From the NCBI GenBank assembly GCA_040954595.2, contig CM082581.2, positions 13,899,921 through 13,963,920 on the forward strand: a stretch of DNA of 64,000 bases, in the 5' to 3' direction. Every line of letters begins with the position of its first letter. The first letter of the stretch is position 1. The notes under the pieces are model-generated. The model was not told the DNA's origin, made no database searches, and saw only the letters and a program-made list of their open reading frames with translations. A program made the translations under genes and the position numbers. This document shows, one piece after another, positions 50,640 through 62,753 of the stretch. The stretch is from Balanoglossus misakiensis. Its lineage: Eukaryota; Animalia; Hemichordata.

Positions 50640-53600
50640 ATGACAACTGGTAGTAATCGATTTTCCGACACTTCTTTGGGTGTCGATGTTGTTTTAGATG
50701 AGGGAATTCTGGCACGTTCTCCCCACTGTCCCCACGGTAAGTCAAACTCGAAAACCTCGGTGTAGGCCTATGTAGGCCTACTTGGTGTTCACTACAGTAC
50801 ACTTGTAGTACTATGAGTATGTACATGTATAGTTGCCCGCAGTTTCGTAGCCCCACTCCCCTTGACGTTTTTTTTAGTGTTTGGCGGGGAGTGAGTTATG
50901 CATTAAAGTTGTTGAATGCTTTTGTTATCACAGGGCCAACTCTGTTGTTTGAGAGATATTTTCGAGGTGAGAAGTCAGGGCGAAGGTTCTATGCATGTTC
51001 AGCCTGCAGAGACAGGAAGGACTGTGATTTCTTCCAGTATGAAGATGAAAAAGTGTCTGATATCCGACAGGAAGCCAGACTCCAGCACAACCAAGCCCAA
51101 CAACCACCTTTCAACCATACAGATTACTACCAAAGGTGGGGTAGCTATTTAACAGATTTCAATATGTCAGGATGAACACATACAAGTATCAGTACCAAAT
51201 ATTGAACTGTCATGTTCAAACTGGAAATAACATTTGACCTTGTACATGAACTTCACAGATATCGAGATGTGCTGAAGCTCCCTTCATCTCGGCGTCAGTA
51301 TTGTCGCGACTGTGGCTTGTTGCTCAGTCAAGGAGAGACTCGGACTGCACACAGAAACCACCGACTCATCACAGGACTGTCGGATGAACAGTTGCAGAAA
51401 CCAAGCCATCTCTTGGATCCTCTTGAAAACAAGAAAACAAATGCAGTGAGTGTTTGGGCATTGTGAGGCTTTTTTGATTCCTGTAATTACAATATCAGTT
51501 TAATGAAAAATGACTTTTAACATAAAAATTGACATTGGCTAAAATAGTTTCAATTTTCCCCCCAGCAATACTTGTATAACCAAAATGCTGTCCGATTCCT
51601 GGTGTCTACAATCCAAAGGATGGGTTTCAGTAGAGTTCTGTGTATTGGAACTCCCAGGTATGTTGCAAGTCACTTCGAATATTCTGGCCCTCTTGGTCAC
51701 TATATCTTAATGTGTTGCATAGACTTTGTGATATGTGATTGACCAAAACTTCAGTCTCTTTGACATTTTCCTTCTCTACAATTTCTTTCTTTACAAGACT
51801 CCATGAAATGATCATGAATCTGAAGGCAGACATTGAAGATTCCAGGCTGGAAAGTCTTTTGCTTGACATCGATCACAGATATGTAAGTTTCTTCCTTATT
51901 TGAGTTTTCTTGGTTTGCCCATTGTTCAGGAAGGGTCTGATCAGTACATGTTATTAACCATAGATCCTGCAGGTCTATGATGTAACAGGCATGTTCAAAA
52001 TGTTGGTGTCTTTTCCCACAGTAAGTGTAGTGGGACTGTTAGGAAATACAAGTAATTGTTGACATGGAGCATTCTTTTCTGTTTCAGTATCAATTTTATT
52101 CGCCAAAACATTTCTGCAGATACAATATGTTCAACCATCACTTTTTTGACGGAGAAGAGAGTCGAAAACACTATGAAGAATTTCTGCATAAAGATGATGG
52201 ACAAGGCATCGTCATGGTAACAGACCCGCCCTTTGGAGGTCTTGTTGAAGTGCTGGCATTTACTGTGAAAAGGATCATGGGACTTTGGAAAGAGGGTACA
52301 ACAGGTATATACAGCAAACTGTGATCACTACAAACTTTAATCTCACCACATTTGAATAATAAAGCAAGGTCTTAGAGCATGATTTGTATGTAGATGATTG
52401 TATGTTTTAAATGCAAATGAATATATTTCTATGTTTTCAGAATCGTGTTCAAGGGAAGAACTTCCTGTTATATGGACATTTCCTTACTTCCTGGAGTTTA
52501 GAATTTTGGAATCACTGCCATCATTTCACATGTCGGATTATAAGGTATGGATTTTTGTGATGTGTTGTGTTAGTAAATTCTAGTATGTGGTAGTACAAAT
52601 GCTTTCACAACTATGTACCTCAACATGGATGACAGTTTAGCTAACGTGATTCCCATAGTTTGTGAGGTCAAGTGATGGAAAGATTGATTTGAACACAATT
52701 GCATGTATGAGACTGTGTGTACGAACACTTAAATCAGAAATAAACTTGCCACTCATTTCTCTGTTTCCCCTTGATAGGTTGGCTATGATAACCATTCACT
52801 GTTTCAATGCAACAAAACCAACAAGGGATCTCCAGTCAGACATTTTACCAATATACCACCGAAAGAGTTCATACTGCCCTTGGAGGAAGGCTACAGGTGA
52901 GGTGATCAGCAGTATTTTTGTATGTATGTGGTCTGCGTATACTGCTATCAGGGAACCTCTTCATTAGAGCCTGCTACTTTCAGATAACATATGCATAGAT
53001 AGAGTCCAGTGATGACAAGGGCATTGTAGTACATGTACAACAAGCCAGATACACCATTCTCTAGTAGGCCTATTTGCACTCCCACAGAGATTCAAAGTCA
53101 TTATTTAATTCAATTTTTTTTCCAGATTTTGTGAGCAATGTGAGAGATATGTTTCATCAGTCAATGTCCACTGCGTGAAATGCAACAGGTGTACTTCTAA
53201 AGATGGAAGATCTTATGTCCACTGTGATCAGTGTAATAGATGTGTCAAACCAGGTAAAGAGTTTTTATTTCTAAATTTGTGATGCATAGACAGTGTTTTA
53301 TCAGAGTGTACATTAATACCTGTCCAAAGCCTTACAACTGCCTTATCTGTTGTTGCCATGGTAGCATATAACTGTTCTGGAGATAAGTGTTTCAGAGCTT
53401 GTAAGATAAGGGACACCTCTCTCCTCAAAATCAAACCACAGTGCACACATGATGTTAATGCTATGTGTCCCACATACAAATATTTGACAGGGGATGGTCA
53501 ACTCTGTTCCTGTTAGGCAAACATTTGATGTACTAGGTAGCTCAGTTTGTTTTCTGCATTGGTAAATACTCATACAGCTGTATTATCATGGATTCGACTG

Positions 53601-54484
53601 CTTGCTGTTGCTTGCGCTGATAATCTTGTCCTTCAGGTCGTGTCCATTGTGAATCCTGCAACCAATGTGAATTGCCAGATCATGTATGTGCAACCAACAA
53701 ATCTGTGATTGGTTGCCATGTATGTGGAGACCTATCACATAAGAGAAGGCAGTGTCCACAGAATAAAAGAGACAAACTACCAAAGAGGAAAAGGTATCGA
53801 TTTTGTTTCATGTTTTAGTTTCTGTATTTGTTCATGTGGCATGGCCCTCACATTGTCCATTGTGCTTATTGACTTTGCCAGTGTAAAGTACAAGGAATTT
53901 ATTTCCAGTGAGGGCTATCTCCTATTGTCCTGGTGCCTGCATCATTGCTATATTTAACATTTATTTACTCATTAGAAAAAATTGCATGGCTGATCAATAA
54001 CCTCTTCACCATAGATTAATTTAATACGAGTATAGTTAGATCAACAGATGAGTCAGTAAGGGTGTGGGTGTGTGTGTCTCTGCCTGGCCCTGTAAACTTT
54101 GCCCCTCAATTAATCAAAATTAATAGGTCCAAAGTATCAGAACACCATTCTGTCACCGGGTAACTGTAATGAGGTTGCTGTCAAGGTTTACTCAAGGGCA
54201 TGAGTTGGATGCCATGTTTCTGATGTGCTTCAATATCAAGGCCAGATTTTGAACTTGATAGAATGACAATGGTGAAATTCACTCTTTTTTATTCTTCTCT
54301 TGATTTCAGAAAACACCAGATGTCCAGTCAAAGCAACACACTCGATACCAACTTGCAGACGCCAGACCACAGTTGCAAGAAGATGAAAGTGGCTCAGTCT
54401 AAGCAGCATTCTGAGATTGAACGCACAGGAAAACAGAAAAGAAGGGAGAAAAATTACAAGAAAACAAAAAAGAAAATGAAATAA
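50640..54484 (+). CDS. ZCCHC4: rRNA N6-adenosine methyltransferase ZCCHC4, 11 exons
   Basis: Exons 50640-50736, 50934-51135, 51259-51445, 51566-51657, 51798-51882, 52088-52304, 52441-52544, 52778-52896, 53126-53253, 53637-53793, 54310-54484. GRF finger [41 protein letters not shown], catalytic [20 protein letters not shown], a Cys/His-rich region, CCHC knuckle [14 protein letters not shown] and a basic tail. Confidence 0.93.
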
Positions 54485-54947
54485 AGTACAGAATTCTACT
54501 GCACACTGTACTTGTGTAAGAGTTATAGTTTGTTTGAGCTGTACTAAAAATATGACAAAGCACATAGTAATTTTCATGCAAAACATTTGATTCTTCCTCT
54601 GATACAGGGAAAAATTGATGCTTAATATGTAAAATCAGTACAAACATTTTCCTTTCTTTAACTTGCATGTTGCTATCTTATCTGTCAATATTATACAAAG
54701 ATGGTGGATGTTAGGATTCCTTAACGTTTTTGCGAAACTGATCAATTCATTGTCAAATAAGTTATTGTCCATTATAAAAACAGATAATTATTTGGGATAT
54801 CATGGCTTTGTAGAATTTCAACAATCTTTATATGAGTTAAGCTTGTAAGAGTTATTTTACATCTTTAAGAACTCTTAGAGCACTACAGTCACTTGATACT
54901 ACACCAGCGACTCGGTTGCTGGTGGGTTTTTTTTGAACGTTCGGTTT

Positions 54948-55856
54948 TCAAAATTCATCATCATCTTCGTCTTCAATCAGTCGTCTCTTGATGTCTCCAG
55001 ATTCATAGTCTGGGTCGGGTCCTCTGTGCTGTTTATCCAGCTCCTTTAGTTCCTGTGTGTTGATGAGCCCGTTGGCAATACAGCGACATTTCCATCTGCG
55101 ACCGAAGAAGACATACACCACGCAATAGATCCCGACGACGAATAGTATGCATAGAAAGATATGCCAGCAAAACAGCATTGTGACGAACATGACACCACCG
55201 CCGCCACCGTCAGCATCCCACGGCTGCCCAGATACGGGTTTATAAATGAGGAAGGCAACGTTGAAAAGCCACGTGCCCTGCAGCATGGTGAACCCGACGC
55301 GAAGAAACGGCAGCAGTTGCTCCAGCGGGTTCCACACCTCGACTGTTGCCACGACGACGCATCCCAGAGTTGCGATGATGTCCATCAGATGGCACGCGTT
55401 CTCGAAGGCTCCCTTTCCGTGGCGGTGATTCAGGAGGAGGTGGGCTTGCACCCCGAATGCCAACGCCAGGAAGAACCGCTCCAGCTTTTCGGCGCGCTTT
55501 TCCAAGCATTTCTGGCTGATCATGTCGAACACGCCGCTGATGGCGAAGTACGTGTACATGGTGAGATGTTGCCAGTTGTTCGGGTTCTGGAGCTCGCCAT
55601 CCTTGAACATCCGCAGATTGTAAATTACCGGAGGGTGCAGAAACTCGGCAGAAGCAGCGGCGAGCCCGTAGAATATTTTAATCAACGCTTCCCAGGACAC
55701 GTTTTTCACGATCCGCATGTAACGACCGTTGTTGGGCGGGCGTGCCCCCTTTCCATACTCCTGAAATTGGTACAAGTAGGAATATTTGACACCCCAAAAG
55801 ATGGCAATGCTGATAAACGCTAAACCAGGGTGTATGTGACCCTCGAAAGAGCCCAT
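54948..55856 (-). CDS. TMEM45: TMEM45-family membrane protein, paralogue 3, intronless CDS, 302 aa
   Basis: MGSFEGHIHPG, WQHLTMYTYF, NHRHGKG..ENACH, LQGTWL and MLFCWH. Confidence 0.93.
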   Translation of the reverse strand: MGSFEGHIHPGLAFISIAIFWGVKYSYLYQFQEYGKGARPPNNGRYMRIVKNVSWEALIKIFYGLAAASAEFLHPPVIYNLRMFKDGELQNPNNWQHLTMYTYFAISGVFDMISQKCLEKRAEKLERFFLALAFGVQAHLLLNHRHGKGAFENACHLMDIIATLGCVVVATVEVWNPLEQLLPFLRVGFTMLQGTWLFNVAFLIYKPVSGQPWDADGGGGGVMFVTMLFCWHIFLCILFVVGIYCVVYVFFGRRWKCRCIANGLINTQELKELDKQHRGPDPDYESGDIKRRLIEDEDDDEF

Positions 55857-57020
55857 CTTTCAGATTATGCGCTCTTTTCTGATTCAGGTATCGGTAAAAT
55901 ATTGATCTTTTCCCCGGGATAAGGGAAACGCCTCGTCGTCCACGTACCGACCCCTGGAAGGCACACTCAGCCGTGGACCAATGATGTGATGCTACTGAGC
56001 GACTACCGATCGTCTGTGTATTTTTGGTTCAAGTAAGATCACCATTGGTTATTAAAGTGTTATTTTTTAACTCGTATCTCTTCAACATTGTTAGAAAAAT
56101 ATGTTTCTCAGCTGGTTAAAATTAATGAAAACGTTGATAACCCGATGGTAAAGTTTAACAAACTTGTGCTGATATTAAATGATAAACATCAAGTGCTATG
56201 GGTCGACCTTACGCGGTCAAAGCCAATGTTGTTAATTATTAATGATAAAAAATCACCACTCCCACTCACATGCCGTGTACAAGAGGAATGAATATTTAAT
56301 ATTAAAAGCATCAGATATTAAAGTAAATGTGTACATCATCAGTTCAAGTGGTTTGCCTTTGTGTTTCGTTAACGCTTTTCAGTTATCTTTACTACAAAGT
56401 GGTAAAAATCATTCGTGACGTGATTTTGTACTTTTGGACATCATAGTGTCGTCGTTTTAAAACTTCATGTTATATAATTCTACTGGGCTCTTTAGGCAAA
56501 TGTTAGACTCAACAGTGTGCACTGTTCACATTTTCTCCCAGAGACTTGTTTTAAACAGCAACTATTTGCAGTTTTTGCCCGACATCTGTTCATGATACCC
56601 TCGCAAGGAGACTGAATCATCCGACGCTTGGTGGCGCTACCTATCGACTCTCTGAGTACACGTAAAGATTCCTGAAAGCACAAAAATATTCCAAGTGAAA
56701 AAAGACTATGTTTACTTCACCCAATCACAAAGGGGAAGACGGTTATTAATTTGAGATATATTTTGGCAACTGGTGAGATGTCCCGGGATAAAGAACACGA
56801 CATGGTCTCAGATATGTATGATGGCCGATTATTGGCCAGTTTTTATTGTGTGTGACAGGGGTTAGCCCTACTTTTGTCCGCGCTGCGAATACTTTCCACC
56901 AATTAATGAATACACTAACACGCCAAAAATGACAAGAATCCCTCCAGTTTCCACTGCAACTAAAACATGTAAAACGCACGAAGTCGGATCAAGACAACAG
57001 CCAGCAGAGAACATGGAGAA

Positions 57021-57127
57021 GGGGAATCCCCGTGACGTCATCAACCATGTAGGCGTGACCTGACCTGACGTGACCCAGATTCAGTGGCAGACATATTTCA
57101 GTGGACATCCCCGCTGAGGAGGTGAGT
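57021..57127 (+). promoter_or_regulatory. kB site + CRE + probable non-coding first-exon splice donor of the MAVS-like gene
   Basis: GGGGAATCCCC at 57021-57031, immediately followed by TGACGTCA at 57033-57040. Strong donor GAG|GTGAGT at 57122. Confidence 0.55.
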
Positions 57128-57928
57128 TGTTCTTAGTCTCTCGATTGTTCTGACTTTTGTCTCGTGGCGACGTCGTCACAAGAGTGTCAAGGAATAGATC
57201 TGGACAGACTGCAGAACGTAAGATTTAGACTTGAGCTTACTTGTTTTCCAAACGTGTGCGTGCTTTCTGACACACCCCTCCGATATCTGTACACGACACA
57301 TAGCTGGACTAATTCGACTAGCTGGAGCAAGGTTGGTTATTTTGATGGTGTATTACACTCATCAAAGGTTAAAATTGACCTGAGTCGCACGAAATTATGA
57401 AAACTTGGTGTTCTTGAAATCTAGGAAGTCATAAGTCCTTTCCGTGCCTCGTTTTTGAGCTAGCTCCATGTTCCATCACTCTGTTGTAGAAACTTGTACT
57501 GCAGTCCGATTCCTGTGTTTAATCAAAACAACATCAATAGATTTGTGGTTTGCTGTCTGGAAAATGGTGGTGCCTATTAACTTATAATATCATAAAGAAG
57601 TTAGTCCATTCATATTTGATCGTGCTATTTACTGAACATGGGTCCCCTACATTGGCTAGCTCAGCGGAACTTGGTGATTTCCGGATGGGATTGATAAAGC
57701 CCATTCATGAACCTTGTAGGTGATTGACACACTAGCAACACGTTAAAGTACAAGATTCGGGGGATATATAGCATAACACTTTAAGTTTTAGGTTATTAAT
57801 TCTTTTTTGGGGCCCAATGGGAAATTTGATGAACTGATCTCTAGTGAAAGTTGTGAGATGACTCATCTTAGCAACCACTTTCCAAGTGATGTAAATATTT
57901 TTGTCCTTGTTTAAGAAATACAGAAAAG

Positions 57929-60900
57929 ATGAATGGAGACGTGATTAGACAAAAGGCCGAACGAAATCTCAGACACCGCTTGATCAAACGGATACAACCT
58001 ATGCACATCTTACCATTTCTGCCATTACTGACTGAACGGGATAAGGTTAGTGACACCTCAGCTCAGCTCTTGCAGTTTATTATGCAAAATAAATTATGTT
58101 GATTGATTGATTGATTGATTGATTGACTGACTGTCTCACATTTGTTTTATGCATAAACCCATAGGCATATGGCACCAGTCAGTAGTTCCAATTGTTAATT
58201 TGTATCTAAAATTGTCAACATCTATACTTGCAAGTGACATTAGTGAACATTTCAGCTGTTCATCTATGCCTGTTGTTATATAGCTCTATGATACAGTTGT
58301 TATTCATCACTCATTTTTTTGTACATTCTAGGAAGAGATTCGGGCAGAGACAAGGAATTATGAGAACATTGCTGGTGCCAGCAAGTTGCTGGATGCGTTG
58401 AAAAAGAAAGGACGAGGCTGGTACAACTATCTTATTGAAGCACTGAAGGACCCAGACATTGCATTAGAGGATTTGGCTGATGAACTTGAAGCTGAAGTTC
58501 AAAGGTTAGGAGGAAGTAAGTATCATCACTGTGAAATGTACAAATGATGTTTGCAAATAGGGCCACAGAGTTATTAGTTTGGAAATGCTTTGAACTTTGA
58601 CATACATGTGTAGTTAAGGGTACAATTTAACAAAGACATATTGTTCGACCAACCAGAAGCAAAAATGAAGTGAAATAAAGTAAATTGAAGCAGGACTGAG
58701 CTCTCAATGAAGAGATTGTCTTGAGCTTCATGTGGATTTTAGGGCTACAGGTAGTAGCCAATGAAAAGACTTATAAGCTGAGAAGGGAATTACTTATAAA
58801 ATTTCAGGATAGTGGGTGAACTGTAAGGAAATTCTGCGAAATGTTTGTGTTTTTACGAACTGCCATGATCAATAAGTGTTGATAGCTGGCCAGAAAAGTT
58901 GAAGGGTCATAGAATATATTATCAGTGGGAAAACAATGTTGGCATGCTGCCAATTTAAAAACATACTGATAGCCCCTTAATTTAAATACAGAACACTTCA
59001 TTAAACAAAATGCACTGAATAGTGATTTTAATTTTATTTAAAAGGGTGTGTTATGTTATACTTTTTTTTTTGAATATTCAAAGGATTGTGATTGGCGTGG
59101 GTCAAAGTTGAACTGGTTAAATTAGCATGTAGACATGCTTGGCATGACTCATAACATGGCTGACTCAGAAAGTGTCCCTTGCTCAGTGTAGGCCTGGTTA
59201 TATTCTGATAGCACAGTTTGGGATAGACGGAATTTCAAGGGCTCTTCCCGGGTAAGATTATCATTAAACCTGTCTCTTTGTGCAAAGCTTAATGTGAGTT
59301 TTTTTGGAGGGTATGGGTTATTTTTAGTGCAGAAAGCTGGCCTTAAAATAATAAGAAAATCTTTGAAAACGCAACAGCAGTTTTGACATTTTTGGAAAGT
59401 TTATGAGTGACTCATTAACTAGGTCCCTTGCATGCTGCACGTAAACCATTTCAACTTTGGTTTGGTGTTTAATTACAGGAAAGCTAGTGATTATATTTCT
59501 TTCATACTATATCTTGAAAATATTAAATTCCCCAATTTCTCATCTTCTGCTTATAAAATTATTTTGCCAAATATCCAATGAGTTCTGGTAGTGTACGTAG
59601 AAGGAGGAAGTTCTCTTCTATTTCATATAAAAAATCCTTTTTTGTCTTGTATGAATTTTTGGATTCGCTTTTTGTGTTCTGATACTAGTGAATTCATTCA
59701 TGAACTTTGACTTAATTTACCGATGAGGTCCATGCATATGTACATCACAAAGGGACCTGTTACATGTAATTATTTATTTTATAAGTGTACTATTAACAAT
59801 GTCCTTCCTCATCTCTCCATTGACCCATGATCTGTAGACTATATTGAAAGCAGACAGACAGACATGTTGTTTGGCATTACCAGTGTTCAGTTCCAACTTT
59901 AAGTTTTCCAAGTTGTTTTTCGTTTTTTGTTTAATTTGCAAAATCAGAAGTTACATAACATACAGACGTACAAATAGTGTCTATTCAGCTATAGAGAGTG
60001 TAACCTTGGGCTAAATTTCCCTGTGACATAAGATATCTGCATAAAAGCACCAATGAGTGTCCCAGTGCAAGTGATTGTTGGATTGAATGAATGAATGCCC
60101 ACAATGGGCTCTTGCAAGGCTTGTACAATTGACAGCCTGCAAGTTTTGTTAAAAGCTAAAGAGTGTCAGACACACTACAAGAAGGAAACACACATTGTAT
60201 CTGCAATTGATTACTCAGTATCTGTCTGATCAACACTTATAAAGTACAAAGGTCAAAGTATGTCTGGTGGGCAAGTGTGCATACGGAGTAGTTATGTTAA
60301 TTGAATTATTCTCTTCTATTGCAGCCCCAACTCAAGGTTATTTACAGCGTCAGGCAGAAAGAGCACTAGGACAACAGCAGGTAGTAGAACAACCACATTC
60401 GATACCACCAGTGAATAGACCACCAACAGTTAACATACCACCATCACAACCAACACAAGCTGTACAGTCACCATACCAACCTCAGACATCGTATCAGCAA
60501 CCTCCTCCCAACCACACTCAGCAATACCCTTCTCAATTCCCCCCAACTCCCCCTCGGCAAAATCCAGTTCCAGTTGAAACCCCACCTCCATCATACCAGG
60601 ACTTAGCGCATCATCCTTCAGCTCCAGCACATCAGCAGCCTTTCCACCAACAGCCTTACCAACAACCTTACCAACAACCTTACCAACAGACTACCGCAGC
60701 TACAAGTCCACCATTACCAACTCACCAGCATTTAAGTCAACAATATACGGTGAACATACCACAACCGGCAGTACAGCCACCACCACCACCACCACCACCA
60801 CAGTTTCAGCTCCCAACACCATCGCCCCAAACACCATCACCCCAAACAACACAAGCTATGGCAACTGACACACAGAACAGTACAGCAACCAATGGTGCTG

Positions 60901-61794
60901 CCTCCAAGCCCTACACCGAGTCAACATTGTTACGAAAGATGGGAAATGACATCATCGAGGCATTGAAACCACTAAATGCACATAGTGCACTGGATAAAGG
61001 TTGGAAAGGACTTGCTGGTAAATTTGGTGAGCATTTCTCATACTCTCATGATTTGAAAGACATCTCTCACTGGAAATGCAGCTAACTGTAGCAATAAAAA
61101 CAATAGATTTTTAGCCACAATAAGTCAGAAATTGTACAATCTTCTGTGGTCATCATTTTAGGTTATTCTGTTGAGGAGGTCAGCAGGTTTGAAGAAAGTG
61201 GTCGTGCCAGTGGTAATCCCGTTGAGCAGCTTTATCTCGACCTCATGTCACGTGACACCACCCTCGGGGACCTGGTCGACAAGTTAGTAATGCTGAACCG
61301 ACAGGATGTGCTGAATGGCATCAGGGACAAAACAGGCTTTGAAGTGCCTGTAACTAACCCCCCTGTAGTTGGTGAAGCTGGACGGCAGAGTGATGATGGA
61401 ATTCCGGGCCTCAATGAACAGGTATGAATGCATGGTATTGTAATTTAAAATTTATCTACCTAGGTATGCATGGGATTGTCTCATTCCTCAATCAATGGTC
61501 CAAAATACTGAACCCGGGAAATTGATTTTGTCGATGTTTTGCAGGACTTGCCCATTCCGACTTTACCTGATGAACTTGTGGATGAGGCAAACCAAGAACT
61601 GGACAAACAAGGAGAGTCACCTGAAGCCTTTGCAATCCCAAACACTGATGATCCTGCACAGGGTTATGTCAGACACGACAATGTGTCCGTGGAGAATGGA
61701 GATCATCCAGAAAAGTCGGATGATGCCCTGGAGTCAACAGCGCCCTCTGTCAGTGAATCTGATACCAAGCACTCCAGTGTTGCTGTGGTTGGCA

Positions 61795-61832
<38 letters not shown>

Positions 61833-62753
61833 AATCCAAGTGAGCAGGTGGAGTCTGAAGCACAGGGGGTGGATGAGACGAAGGAGGCGTCCACAGCATT
61901 GAAAGAGGAAACAGAACCGGAATTGAGTGAAGACCCCCTGGGACACCCAGTGGAGGAGAGCATCACAAACAAGGAAGAACTATCAGGCCCAAGTGAGGAA
62001 TTTGATATTCCACCCCTTGAGGAAACAGGCAAGGATGAACCATCGGAACAAGTGGTGACAGAAGGCGATCAACAGCCCAGCAGTGGCAGTGTTGGGGATG
62101 ATCAAGACATAATCATCCTCCCACAGGAAGACATCTCAGCAGAAGTGTATGTCGTTGACAAGGAGATGCCGGAAGAAGACACATTGCTGTCCCGTGGAAG
62201 TCAGGGAGGTACACCAGATACAGAAGCAGACGACCAAGTGAGTCCATCAGAAATGGGAGGTGTTGGGGAGGAGACCGGCGGGAATATAGATGGGTTTGAT
62301 GATAAACGTGATGAAGCAGGAACTGCAGCAGCCCTTAACGATCTTGCAGGTGAAGTCTCCAATACAGAAAACATGCAGTCAGAGTTTTTTGGCGATCGGC
62401 AACCAGAAGCCGAGTTGAATTTGAAGGCAGAGGATGAAGAGAAAGAAGAGAATATTAGCCCAATAGTAAGCGAGGATCCAGAAACACTTGGTGAGGTGGA
62501 AAATGTTGGTCAGGTTGATGAGATGCCATCGGAACAAAGTCTGCAAGATGAGCTTCCAGTTAGTGATGAAAGTACAAAAAATAGAGAGACAGATGCTGAG
62601 CAGGTGCCTGAAGTCCAAGATGATGATGATGATAAAAGTGTAGAAACCAAACCAACAGAACCTGCAGAATCCTCTAACAGATTTCTTCGCATCAGTGCTG
62701 CACTTGTTGTTGCTGTTGGGCTTCTATTTCTAGTTTACAAAGTCAAAAAATAA
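57929..62753 (+). CDS. MAVS: MAVS-like adaptor: CARD, Pro/Gln-rich region, death domain, acidic region, C-terminal tail anchor; 5 coding exons, ~823 aa
   Basis: Exons 57929-58045, 58332-58515, 60325-61026, 61162-61421, 61545-62753 (2472 nt, phases match). CARD ...HILPFLPLLTERDK|EEIRA...GWYNYLIEAL...LEDLADEL resembles the vertebrate MAVS CARD (EILPYLPCLTARDQ...GWVEYFIAAL...LVDLADEV). Death-fold segment KGWKGLAGKFGYS...TLGDLVDKLVMLNRQDVL. Ends RFLRISAALVVAVGLLFLVYKVKK*. Confidence 0.82.

Noticed and set aside
48568-55823. Long antisense or alternative-frame ORFs over TMEM45 copies (48568-49056, 48726-49352, 55161-55823)
   Set aside because: Shadow ORFs expected from GC-rich codon usage of the real CDS; no motifs.
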